Assembly: GCA_050084515.1 (NCBI GenBank)
Contig: CM114271.1
Span: 20,398,001 to 20,462,000, forward strand
DNA length: 64,000 nt
Direction of reading: 5' to 3'
DNA from: Blasia pusilla
Lineage: Eukaryota
Notes under the pieces: generated by a model
What the model saw: only the letters and a program-made list of their open reading frames with translations
Databases searched by the model: none
What the model was told of the DNA's origin: nothing
Shown: positions 51,631 through 64,000 of the stretch, piece by piece
Layout: each line of letters opens with the position of its first letter
Numbering within the stretch: position 1 is the stretch's first letter
Made by a program: the position numbers and the translations under genes

Positions 51631-54600
51631 CGTTTCGACGAAATCTACCCAGGGACTAGGAAATGTTTAATCGTTGTGAGGGCCCTGCCGAAATCGTGCG
51701 TACGGTCCGGTCGATAGATATGCGCAGATAGCTCGACCATTGTCAGAAAGCTTACTGTATGACCACAAGTTTTGTCGGACCTTGAAGCTTTGATCTCTCG
51801 TACAAATTGTTCCGATTATCGCTCAAAAATCCGAAAATTACTGTCATCGATGCTGGCCAACAATGACTATAATACACATGAATGTACTCTCTTAGAATCC
51901 ACACAAGATTGACATCTTAGCTTTAGTTATGGCCCCCACAACATCTCTTGCCATCACTTCCACCCATCTGTCCACTATGAAACAGCCACACGATCGATGC
52001 CGCGGACCCGTAGCTGGCACTAGTTACTCTGCAGCAATGTCAGCATCATGAACGTTACCGTCAGAGAAACCTATCTAGAGATGAACCAAAACACGGAAAA
52101 CGAAATCTAAAGGTTCCACGAGCCTGGCTGCTCTACGCAATTGAGAAGACTGATCAGTAGCTTCCCTACTTTCGAGTATCCCAGCTCATCCGAAAAACAA
52201 ACACTTGTCTGAGAACCAAATGTAAAATTCCTGTCCAAACGGAGACGCCAAAATTAAGATGCGAAAACCGACCATCCAATCACTGCCCTGCGCTGCCACC
52301 AAAATTACTGCACTCGAGCTCGCGAAACTCTGCTACAAGTGTCCACAAGCCTTCCAACTGAAGTTCACAGTTGACGCAATTTGCCCGGACGTACCCCGCA
52401 CCTGCTGCCCAAATGTGCTTCGCAATGGCCATAGACACGAGGACGTGTCCATTTGCGCATTCAAGACTCAAGTTTGAATGAGGAGTTGGCGCCTTTTGGT
52501 CTCCGGAGTCCGCAACAATGAACGGGGAGAACCGGGGATGACCTAGCCGGATGATTTTCCAAATACTGGTCAGAAACCGACGGAATACACATGGTCTCAG
52601 GCCGGAATTGGAAAATTTATGTAGACCGGGAACAGGGGTGTCCATAATACCCCCTATCCGGGGTTTTACGGGTCCCCGGATCTCTCTATATGGGGACTCG
52701 TATGATCCCAAACGGGTAGCTCCCGAGTCTTTCCTGCCCGTTTCATTTTTATCCGGGCACCCCCATGGAATTATGGCTCGCAAGTGACAGACGTCGATTG
52801 CACGGGCCAGCGCAAAACTCCCGCCCCCTCATCTTTCGGGAGTAGCCCCGATGGCTTTCCAAGTGTGCCCCCCGAACCCGGACGATATCAGATAGCCAGT
52901 AAAATGACACCCCTAATGTACCAATTCTCTAAAAAGAGACTACCCGGACCCTGGTCCGCAATTCCTCCCTTTCTATGGGATGGCGTTTTAGGAATTCGTC
53001 GAGAGTAGGGCTGAACGGGTCGCTCGATCTGGGACCTGAGACGTTGGCAACGCGGTGGGATTTTTTGTTCCCCGTCACGAACGCCAACAATCACGACCCT
53101 ACACGAACCAGGTCTTGGACTAGGCTAGTCCCAAGTTCTAATCCGACGGTATCAAAACATCGAAAACCCTCCCAAAAGTCTCCACCTTCTTACATCATTT
53201 AGCCTCGCCAAAGTGGATTCTACTATCCATTCACAATCTCTCTTCCCACACATTCATTGCTTCCTACGCTCTTCTTCCTCTTGCTACACAAGTAATTATA
53301 TCCCTGTTCAATCAATTTACTACAAAAGGGCGTGACCGACTTCAAGAACTTATATCTGAGAATTTACATCCAATCAACTTTTCACGCATTTTCTCTAAGG
53401 CATCCTCAAACAGTCATCTAGCTCGTCTGCATTCATATGCATGTGCACGAGCGGATACATAACTTATTGCAAATCCTCTTATTCTTCCATTTCGTTCTTC
53501 TTGGAGTATGTTTGTATTTCCCACTCATGCTTTGGAATAGCTTCTTGTTGCACAACAACAGCCATAGCTCTTCATACAACAATCTTAGGAACCCAACATT
53601 CAAATTGGAACTCCATCCAGCTATTGGCAACAATCTTTGCTCGTCTCGTGGCCCCAAATTTGTCAAGATATCAGCAACACTTCCACCTTGATTTCTTCCC
53701 CATAACCTCCTAACCTCCTAAGAGCCCCTCCACCTTGAGTATAGATATTCTTCCCTACTAGTTCCATTGGATTTAGTAGGCTCTGATCCTTATAAATTTT
53801 TTTCTAAGGTTGGGGGTCATGAATGATCATGAGAGATCACATGATTTTGGAACTTTGTTGGATTATACTATTGCCATGAATAGGTTACAAAACGTTTAAG
53901 TATGGAGATGAAGAGTTGAAATTTTGGCACCATAAAAAAAAAAGCAAATTTAGCACCATTTGTGTCCATTGAAAAAAGGAGGTGTTGTTGCTTGCTTAGA
54001 CAAGTACAACATATTGTCTTAAAATGAAATGTTTGTGGAGACTTTCAAGGAAGGAATAGAGCTTGCAAGAGGGATGTGTATACAATAACATACGTGTACT
54101 CATTCAAGAGTACGAGGGAAAGAACGGATCTTGAGGGATAAGCCTTTGGAAGTAGAAAAGAGATCTTGGTTGAGAGACTTGAAGGACGAGCTTGTTGTTG
54201 CTCCAAATCCAAAGGTTCATTATGAGATCATGGAGAATATGTTGGATGGAGTTAGAGCTTGGTTGTGGAATGATTGTATTAATGATGCATAGCATCTTGA
54301 AGATGTTCTAATGTGGGATTTAACCTACATACTTAAGGTCGCCCGATAATAAAAACACTCTTTGGAGTATAGTTCAAGATTTGGATGTAACGAAGTTGAA
54401 TTAGGGCATGTCATAATTTAGTTAGTGAATGACAACGTTGAAGAGGAGGTTCCTTTTGCTAGAAAGCTAGTTCCATCTGTTTGCTATGAAAATAAGATCA
54501 TTAGCAATTAATTAGCCAATTAGTAGGAAAACTTATGCTCCCAAAGGCCTAATTGCTTAGATTGAGGTGTTTATTAGATTTCTATAATGTGACTCCAAAT

Positions 54601-54656
54601 CTAAAACCAATTCATGGCTCAAGTAATTCTCTAATTTTGGATGTAGGTACAGTATG

Positions 54657-55620
54657 TGTCGTGCTTCTACTCTCCTTGAACGTAAATCTTTAGTGTTGCG
54701 GAAGCGTGCGTTCGGGAAGACACGCTCTCAATGTTGATCTTCATCCAAACACGCACTAATGTTAGTCAGGTCTGGGTCAATCAACACCCTAACTCTCTGA
54801 GTTTTCGACTCGACCTCTCATCAAGCTCAACCTTCCTAGTTTCTCACTTTACAACATGGGCAAGTCTCTCAAGATTTGGGAGAGACTTTCTAGTCGGTTC
54901 AAGAACCTCAAACGGCGTTTGTACGCCTGGCGGTCCCAAATGTCCAATAAACCTCCAATGAGTCCCTAACCAAGACTCGCTAAAATGAGTCGCGGGTTGG
55001 AATCCAAGTGTGGCTTTCGGAATCCATTCCCTTGGTTCAAATTTGGGTTTTGAGTCCGAACGCCAAACTCTCATTCCATCCCCTGCCCCTTGAGCCGCCC
55101 TTTGGCGCCAAAAATGGGGTTTAGGTCCCAAAAATCCTCGGAGACACTCCCCCTTACTAGTACATCTGGGGATCACCACCCTCCCCCTAAATTTGGAGAA
55201 AGACACTTGAGCCCTTCATTTTGGCTCTCAACCAAACTCTTCCGTTCAGTATTTTTGGCAAATATCTCAGCCTCTACTTGTGCCCTAAACGCATTTGCTA
55301 ATATCTTTGGTGCGTTGGAATCGGTTTCGCATAAGCTTTCCAACATCACCTTACTTGTACAAAATGAATCTCCGGATTTAATGTTATGGTCCAAAACATA
55401 GTCAAAACCCCAAAGGCTAGTCGCATTCCAAATGTGGTTCTCACCTCTTTGGTAAACAACCTTCCTAGACTCAAATCATCTCAAGTCTTGGTTCACATTT
55501 GGTCCACATTTCCCGGTCGCGACCTTGAATGCATGAAACTCTATTTACGAATTTCATCTCTTGGACTCTTCCAAGAGACGCGTCAAAAGGGAAATCATCC
55601 TAGCGTGAGCCCGTTAAAGT
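54657..55620 (-). mobile_element. Older diverged LTR of the chromovirus LTR family, interrupted by element F
   Basis: Begins TGTCGTGCTTCTACTCTCCTTGAACG and is colinear with 58762-59715; breaks off at 55620. Confidence 0.8.
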
Positions 55621-58600
55621 TGTCACATCTGAGTAGCCGATAGGACGAGATCTATCGTGGATAGGGCGTAGGAGCCAGCAGACTATCTTGAGTATAACTT
55701 TGGGAGGCGCGCATAGGTGTGCGCGCCCCTCCCCCCCCCCCTTCTCTCTCCCCTCGAGGTGGGAGGCGCGATAGGTGCGGCGCCCCCCCCGCATTAAGGG
55801 CCTAAGGGGCCCTGCATAGGGCCGCGGACCCAAGTTCTCCCCCCCTCTCCAACGTGGTAGCACCGACCATAGTCGGTCGGACAGTTGTAGCATACGTGGT
55901 TGGCAGGACAAACGAGGTTAGTCGGGCGAACGTGAGTTGAGATTTGCCGGACATGAGGGGGAGCCGACCAGGGTGAGTCACGTTACATGCCGCGCGTGGG
56001 GATAGACAGAGGGGTTTGCGCGACATGATGTTTTGGGGCGCGACATGGTTGCGAGAGTTTACGATGGAGGGGCAGTGTGCATGATGTCGACGGGTTGTCC
56101 GCATCTGTTTACGGGAGGATTGACGTGTTGGTCGAGGGGAGTGTTATGTGGCGAAGATTGTCATATCATGTGGAGGAGTGCATGTTGACGGTGCAGCAGG
56201 TTGGAGGCCGTGATCAGGTTACCCATTCGAGTCCCTTTTCCCGCACTTGTCGTGTGTGATTGAGAGTGCTGGGTGTCGGGTAGTAGCTGGTGCTAGATGG
56301 ATGCAGTGATGGTGACGAGTGTAGATTCTTTTCATGTGTAGCATGTTGGTGGATATACGGCGGTTGCCGAGTAGGGGTCGCGTGTATGACCCGAGAGAGT
56401 GTCGCTAGGTTAGGTGAGTCAGTTGGGAGGCTCATGGTGAGCCCGAGTGTTGAGCGTGGGTGAGGCCGGGTATGTCATCACGGGATTGACGTTAGCATAG
56501 GTGAGCTAGTGAGGCGTGTGGGAGACTCTCGGTGAGTCTGAGTGCTTGAGCGGGTGAGCAGGTGAGATAGGGTTTGTCATCACGGCGTTCTTCCAGGGTT
56601 CGGAAGAACGGGGTAGAGCGAGCAGTGGTAGTGGTGTGACACGGAGTGGAGTGAGATACCGAGGGGTTACCAGTGAGGAGCTCCCTCGACATCCATCCGT
56701 GACTGGATCGTCATCATTGGACACTGGGTCTGGTGACGAGATCACCGATAGAGACAGTAGTACTTGGCAGGAGATAGATGACATGGGCCATCGGGGCATG
56801 CGTTGTTTCTCAGGTGCAGTGGGCACCATCGACTTAGATGATTTCATCCATGAGTTCGACACATGGTGCGACTTCCAGGAGATACGCACCCCGATACGGT
56901 TCAACCCTTTCATGGCATGGAAGGGGTTGTTCCATCACTTGGAGGGTCCTCCGATGGATGACTACATGGAGTTTCGATCACTATATTCAATAGAGATTGA
57001 TGCTTGGAGGATGTATTGGGCTCCAGGGTATGTGTCCACTAGTGGTCGCGAGGCATATGATGGGATTGTGAGAGGAGAGAGTCCCACCCCATCAGCCCGG
57101 AGACTAGATGGAGAGGAGGGCAGTGAGACAGGCGATGTGGTAGAGACCTCTTGTCGCGAACCTCATGACCAAACAAGTGCCAAGTGGAACATCGGAACAT
57201 TAGCGGGCTCACGCTAAGATGGTTTGCGCGTTGGAGTTGTCTCAAAGAGGAGACAAGAGACGAGACGCGAGCGAGGAGCCGCGTTTCAGCTGTTATGGTC
57301 GCGACTGAGAAACCTGGACCAAACGCGGAATGAGACTTGAAAGAAGTTGAGTCTAGGAAGTGGGTTGCCAAAGGAAAGATCCGGATTTGGAACGCCACTA
57401 GCGTTTGAGAGTTTCCGACTGTATTTATGGCCATAACTTTTAGCTCCAAGATGCGTTTGGAACAAATAAGGGTGCGTTGGAAAGCTTATGGAGAGCCGGT
57501 CCAAACGCACCAAAGATCGCTGCAAACGCATAAGCAGAGGCCGAGATACAACCCAAAAACGACTGTAAGTGGAGTCGGGTTGAGGGCCACAATGAAGGGC
57601 CCGACCCTCTTTTCCCAAAGGGGAGGGGTTATTGGAGAACCCCAGAAGTACTAGTAAGGGTGAAGGTCTCCAAGAGTGCTTGGAACCCAAACCCCACTTT
57701 GGGCGCCGCAGGGCGGCTCAAGGGCATGGAACGGAATGCGAGTTTGGGGGTTGGGTTGGAAAACCTGCACCAAGTCCATTGAGGCGATTTTAGACATCCC
57801 TCTTGGATTCCACCCCGCGACTCAATTACTTGGGTCTCGGTTCGGAACTCACCCGAGGACCGTTGAACAGTGGGGATCGCAAGGCGCGCAAGTGTCGTTT
57901 CAAATCCTTGGACTAACTAGGAAGTATGTTCCAAGTCTTGAAGGACTTGCCATGTTTTGGAAGCTAGGAACTAAGGAAGGTTGAGCTTGATGAGATGCCG
58001 AGTTGAGGACTCGGTGGGTTGGAACGCCGGTTGGCCCAAACCCGACTAACGAGAGTGCGTGTTTGGGTGCAGATCGGCGATGAGTTCGTGACCTACTGAA
58101 CGCACGCTTCCGCAATACTAAAGATTGACGTTCAAGGAGAGTAGGGGCGCGACACCTTTGGTGGTAGAGGGCCACCCAGCTTCAGCCCCACAGTGGAGTT
58201 CTTCGGCGGTTGGGGAAGAGTACCAGTATGACGGACCGCAAGTCAAGAGTCTACAAGATTTTCAGCGACGATCGGATGAGAGTCTGAGACAGGCATTCAC
58301 ACGCATGAGGAGGCTGATCATTCCTACGTTTGGAGTGACTGAGGCGCAGTCTGTCTAGTATTGGTATGGGGTTCTAGACCGAGAACTACGGAGGAGAGTC
58401 CAAGATGCGGTGCTGATTCACACAGCGAAGCCCACATTGAAGGTGGTCTTTGAGTTGTCTGAGCGTATTGAGCTCAACATGAGTGAGGAGCAGGTAGTGA
58501 CCACTGGATTTTCTCGAGAGTCGACGGGTCCACGAGCGGCGGTGACCCCACAGGTGCCATAGCGAGCACCAGTACCACGAGAGCGGGCCAGTGTGCCTAG

Positions 58601-58761
58601 AGAGCAGGGCAGGTACCGTGAGCCTATGAGGCAACGACCCGCACCTATATATGTTGCCCAGCACTGACCGATGTGGTCTTGTTGGATGTGTGGAGGGGCC
58701 CATAGGCTGAGAGACTGCCCACAGCATGGGAGAGGACCACCAGCGCCTCCGATTGCTCAGG
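55621..58761 (+). mobile_element. Element F: 5' part (partial X, leader, gag) of a subfamily-1 copy, interrupted twice
   Basis: TGTCACATCTGAGTAGCCGATAGG is the reverse complement of the element A terminus at 16842. Leader and gag are homologous to 15100-16200. Knuckle CWMCGGAHRLRDC near 58680-58720. Confidence 0.85.
57152..58154 (+). mobile_element. Solo LTR (1003 bp) of a chromovirus family
   Basis: TGTCGCG...CGCGACA; 5-bp flanks CCTCT/CCTTT; same sequence as 58762-59763 (inverted) and 62264-63260. Confidence 0.9.
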
Positions 58762-61700
58762 TGTCGCGCCCCTACTCTCCTTGAACGTCAATCTTTAGTG
58801 TTGCGGAAGCGTGCATTCAGTAGGTCACGAACTCATCGCCGATCTGCACCCAAACACGCACTCTCGTTAGTCGGGTTTGGCCAACCGGCGTTCCAACCCA
58901 CCGAGTCCTCAACTCGGCATCTCATCAAGCTCAACCTTCCTTAGTTCCTAGCTTCCAACACATAGCAAGTCCTTCAAGACTTGGAACAGACTTTCTGGTT
59001 AGTCCAAGGATCAGAAACAACACTTGCGCGCCTAGCGATCCCAACTGTTCAACGGTCCTCGGGTGAGTTCCGAACTGAGACCCAAGTAATTGAGTCGCGG
59101 GGTGGAATCCAAGAGGGATGTCTAAAATCCCCTCACTGGACTTGGTGCAGGTTTTCCAACCCAACCCCCAAACTCGCGTTTCGTTCCATGCCCTTAAGCC
59201 GCCCCGCGGCGCCCAAAGTGGGGTTTGGGTTCCAAGCACTCTTGGAGACCTTCCCCTTTACTAGTACTTCTGGGGTTCTCCAATAACCCCTCCCCTTTGG
59301 GAAAAGAGGGTCGGGCCCTTCATTGTGGCCCTCAACCCGACTCCACTTACAGTCGTTTTTGGGTTGTATCTCGGCCGCTGCGTATGCGTTTGCAGCGATC
59401 TTTGGTGCGTTTGGACCGGCTCTCTATAAGCTTTCCAACGCACCCTTATTTGTTCCAAACGCATCTTGGAGCTAAAAGTTATGGCCATAAATACAATCGG
59501 AAACTCTCAAACGCTAGTGGCGTTCCAAATCCGGATCTTTCCTTTGGCAACCCACTTCTTAGACTCGACTTCTTTCAAGTCTCATTCCGCGTTTGGTCCA
59601 GGTTTCTCAGTCGTGACCATAACAGCTGAAACGCGGTTCCTCGCTCGCGTCTCGTCTCTTGTCTCCTCTTTGAGACAACTCCAACGCGCAAACCATCTTA
59701 GCATGAGCCCGCTAATGTTCCGATGTTCCGCTTGGCACTTGTTTGGTCATGAGGGTCGTGACACTCACCCCTCTTTTAAAGGTTGATGCCCTCATCAACG
59801 CAAACCTTTATTATGTCAAGTCTCATGGGCAGCCTACCCCTTGACATTGACATTGAATTGCGTTCTCGTGGCTAACCCGCAATTCCTCTTAGTCTCTAGT
59901 TGTCGCTTTGCCCCACTTAGAATTATTAGCCTCCCCTCTTTGATAAGCCTGGACTAGTTCCAAGGAACTAACCTATCAAATAAGCTAACTAAGTGTGCAA
60001 CCTTAAACTCTTTTGACTCATTATTGTAAACATCACACCTATTTACCTGGTCCATAAATCGTACTACTATTGGGTCGCTCTCGTATTCGACTTAGGCGCG
60101 TCACTAAGTTTACTTATGTGGCCACAAGTAAGATCACCCCAAGCCCCAAGATAGACTTCATCTGCCCCGCCGACGCTAGGGCGAGCCCGAGTGTAATCCA
60201 ACACAAGGTCGTGTTCTAGGTGCTTATCCACATACGAGCTCTCACCTCAAATACTCCTTGTCTGTCCTCTTGTCGTACATTCTAAGCCTATGATGAACGA
60301 CTCATAGCCATGCACTACCACATACAAATTGCAATCAACACTGGTATTGAATCTCCAAATCCATACACTCCTTTATTGCAACACTAGCATATTCTAGTTA
60401 CAACGGCCTTCGGCCCAAGATTCCACTGGTTACAAGTCATGTCTCCAGCTTCTCCTCGTACTAACGTATGTGCTTCGCTTGTGTTCACTTGAAGTCGCGC
60501 AACAATTCTTGCGCGTGTTCCAAATCCGCCTCCGCAATCCAAGTGGCCTCCTTCACATGGTAGCCCTTCCATTTTACCAAGTATTCATACTTGTTGGCCC
60601 GACGCCTCGAACGTAAGATGGTCTCCACCTCAAACTCCGGCTCTTCATTTACGATGACCGGGGTGCGGTCTCACCACCTGTCTCCGCTTGAAACGTCCAT
60701 TATCTTGAAGATATTTCTTCAACAATGACACATGAAAGGTCGGGTGAATCTTGAACTCGTCCGGCAGCCTCAACGTATACACATCCTCAAACGGGTTTGC
60801 TACAATCACATACGGTCCAACATACTTGGCAGACAGCTTCGCACACAACTCTTTCGGAAGAGTGAGATTCTTTACACTCAACCACACTTGTTCTCCAACT
60901 TGGAATCGTACTTGGCGCCGACTCTTGTTAGCATGCTTAACGTACCTCATTTGAGCCTTTGCAAGACTTCGCCTCGCGCGCTCTTTCTATTCTCGCATCT
61001 TTACCAACAAACCTTCTACCGTCGCTTGTCGTGTTCGTGCCAATGTAGTACCCTTCGAAAGGGCTAGATCAAGAGGCCCTTCTAGCTCTCGTCCATTTGC
61101 CAGGAGAAACGGAGATTCTCTGTTGCGAAAATCTTGGTCGAGTTGTAGCAAGATCGCCATGCTCACCACGACCCAATCGCGTTGATCAGCATTGACATGA
61201 TTCCTCAAGTACTGATTCACGATAGAGTTTACCTTTTCAGTATGTCCATCCGTCTGTGGGTGGAAAGCCGTACTGAAACTCAGCTTGGTCTTAAACCTTC
61301 TGAACAAGTGCTTCTAGAAAGCACTGGTAAAGTTTGGATCCCGATCTGAAACAATGCTCCTCGGCAAACCATGAGCACGCCACCAGCTATCAAGGAATAG
61401 TTGCGCCGTCATTATCGCCGTTTCGCGGAATCCACCGTCGGCACGAATCTCGCCAACTTGCTAAACCGATCAACAATCACAAGTATAGCGTTGTATCCCT
61501 CAGATTCCGGAAGACTTGTGATGAAATCCATACTCACACTTTGCAAGGGTCTTTCGGGGATCGGCAAGAGATGCAGCAAGCCTTGTTTCTTATCATAAGA
61601 GACTCTATTCGCTTGGCAGGTCACACAGGTCTTCACATATTGAGCAACATCCTCTTTCATGTTGGGCCAAAAGAACCGCTTCGAAAGAACAGCTAGCGTA

Positions 61701-62263
61701 GATTTCTCTCCTTTATGTCCTGCCAAGGGCCCGTCGTGACATTCCGCTAACACCTTGGTTCGCATCCTACCTTGCCCTACATAGATCCTACTCTGTTTGA
61801 ACCTTAGTAAACCGTGCCTCAAACTTATGTTGGCCACCTTCTCACCCTACTTCAACTTCCTCAGGTATTCCCCTGCTTGAGCATCCTTCATATACCCTTC
61901 ACGAATCCTTCTTTCCAGATCTGTTTCCTTAGGGAACATTGCTCTCAAGACCTGTGTCGTCGATGGCATGTGTTCCTTCTTGCGACTTAACGCATCTGGA
62001 ATCACATTATCTTTACATGGCTTGTGGATCAACTCTACATCCATCAGCGCCAAGGTATCATGCCATCACAGTTGTTTTGGTGTCACTCGATCCTGGGTCT
62101 CAAAATACTTGAGTGATATATTATCGGTGAATACTCGAGTCTTGTGGAGCCCTAGATAATGCCGCCACTTCCTCAAGCAATGTACCACCGTGAACAACTC
62201 TTTCTCCTGAGTAGGCCATCTCCTTTTAGTATCGCTAAGCTTCTTGCTCTCATATGTCACCGG
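58762..62263 (-). mobile_element. Chromovirus 3' part: RNase H, integrase, chromodomain, PPT, 3' LTR (58762-59763)
   Basis: CHDGPLAGH...CVTCQ; SMDFITSLP..VDRFSK; HPQTDG; GPY..IHPTFHVSLLK; chromodomain FEVETIL...YLVKWKGY...ATW at ~60485-60640; PPT AAAAGAGGGGTGAG adjoining the LTR. Confidence 0.92.
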
Positions 62264-64000
62264 TGTCGCGACCCTCATGACCAAACAAGTGCCAAGCGGA
62301 ACATCGGAACATTAGCGGGCTCACGCTAAGATGGTTTGCGCGTTGGAGTTGTCTCAAAGAGGAGACAAGAGACGAGACGCGAGCGAGAAGTCGCGTTTCA
62401 AATGTGATGGTCGCGACTCTGAAACCTGGACCAAACGCGGAATGAGACTTGAAAGAAGTCAAGTCTGGGAAGTGGGTTGCCAAAGGAAAGATCCGGACTT
62501 GGAACGCCACTTGCGTTTGAGAGTTTCTGACTGTATTTATGGCCATAACTTTTAGCGCCAAGATGCGTTTGGAGCAAATAAGAGTGCGTTGGAAAGCTTA
62601 TGAAGAGCCGGTTCAAACACACTAAAGATCGCTGCAAACGCATAAGCAGCGGCCGAGACACGACCCGAAAACGACTGTAAGTGGAGTCGTGTTGAGGGCC
62701 ACAATGAAGGGCCCGAACCTCTTTTCCCAAAGGGGAGGGATTATTGAAGAACCCCAGAAGTACTAGTAAGGGGGAAGGTGTCCGAGAGTGCTTGGAACCC
62801 AAACCCCACTTTGGGCGCCGCGGGGCGGCTCAAGGGCATGGAACGGAATGCGGGTTTGGGCGTTGGGTTGGAAAACCTGCACCAAGTCCATTGAGGCGAT
62901 TTTAGACATCCCTCTTGGATTTCACGCCGCGACTCAATTACTTGGGTCTCGGTTCGGAACTCACACGAGGACCGTTGGACGCTTGGGATCGCTAGCGCGT
63001 AAGTGTCGTTTGAGATCCTGGACTAACCAGGAAGTCTGTTCCAAGTCTTGAAGGACTTGCCATGTGTTGGGAGCTAGGAACTAAGGAAGGTTGAGCTTGA
63101 TGAGACGCCGAGTTGAGGACTCGGTGGGTTGGAACGCTGGTTGGCCAAACCCGACTAACGAGAGTGCGTGTTTGGGTGCAGATCGGCGATGAGTTCGAAC
63201 TCATCAACGCACGCTTCCGCAACACTAAAGATTGACGTTCAAGGAGAGTAGGGCGCGACAAGTGGTATCGAGCTTATCCTTGGTGAGCGAGAACTTGGGG
63301 TCGTGGGATCAGCCGGACGCTTGGGAAATTTCAAGGTAGCGGCTAGACTCGGACGCTCGAGGAGGGACGCAAGAAACGAGGAGGAGATCTGAGTGAGTTG
63401 GCTTGGAGATGGCAATCGAGGAGAACAACAAGCGCCAAAAGCGGCGTGAACGGAGAGAGGAACCAATGCCGGACCGTGAAGCTATAGAGGAGTCGGAGAC
63501 TCAAGAGTGAACGCTAGCCGTGAGGACGCCCCAGTGGCGACTCCTTCCGCGGGGCCAGTGGGCCCAAACTCAGGGGAAAGGACGGAGTCGAGCGAGACGT
63601 TGGACTTGTTGAAGGTGTTGGTGGAGCAGATGTCCCAGCAAAGCAAGCGGATTTCGAGTTAGAGGCCACTCAAACCCGAAAAGTGCGGGCAAAAGCTCTG
63701 CAAAGATTTAACCGCCCACGCCATTTATCGGAGTGGGGCGCCATGAAAGTGAAGGATTTTTACGGAACTAGAACTCTACTTGAGGCGCAGAAGGTGCTTG
63801 CCGAGCAAGACAAGGTGACGGTAGCCGCGTTACTTTCTGAAGGATCATGCTCTACAATGGTGGACCGCTCAACGAGAGGAATATCTGGGCGGTGAGTCAC
63901 CTCTAAGTTGGGAGGAGTTCAAGGAGTTGATTGGGGATCGGTTCACTCCGGAGTACCAAGGGTTGCGTGACACGGTGGAATGCGTGCGGATGCGGCAGAG
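62264..64000 (+). mobile_element. Chromovirus-family element 5' end (LTR 62264-63260, PBS, gag start) inserted into the RNase H of a family member; runs off the window
   Basis: LTR TGTCGCG...CGCGACA, then TGGTATCGAGC and a decayed gag-like region. Confidence 0.88.
63263..63273 (+). promoter_or_regulatory. tRNA-iMet primer binding site
   Basis: TGGTATCGAGC 2 nt after the LTR; differs from canonical TGGTATCAGAGC by a 1-nt deletion. Confidence 0.75.

Noticed and set aside
52450-54650. GC-rich block and decayed coding-like sequence upstream of SNM1, possibly a DNA transposon
   Set aside because: No TIR/TSD or diagnostic transposase motif could be established.
54731-59786. Repeated short ORFs (MGSKHS..., MLGTQTP..., MAITFSS...)
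   Set aside because: Chance frames within copies of the same LTR.

Overview
Eukaryotic, almost certainly plant, genomic DNA (GT-AG introns, Ty3/gypsy and hAT elements; a non-seed-plant host is a guess only). One intact host gene is present: a 10-exon SNM1/PSO2-family DNA cross-link repair nuclease on the minus strand (45247-51630). It sits between two blocks of nested, decayed transposons. The main finding is a Ty3/gypsy-like retrotransposon family in five substantial copies (A 7088-16842, D 11701-~15095, B 18495-~30641, C 27980-30398, F 55621-58761) plus older remnants. Its reconstructed polyprotein reads Gag(CCHC) - aspartic protease - DNMT3-like C5 cytosine methyltransferase - RT - RNase H - DDE integrase - PHD finger. 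Its ends are not ordinary LTRs but split direct repeats (sense order X - body - Y - X - Y), with an internal CA-NN-TG end-to-end junction, 4-bp TSDs and no visible tRNA primer site. Ordinary chromodomain gypsy elements, an hAT remnant with matching MITEs, and microsatellites make up the rest. All TE coding regions carry stops or frameshifts, and no single copy has a complete methyltransferase. All domain calls are by-eye motif recognition, not database searches.
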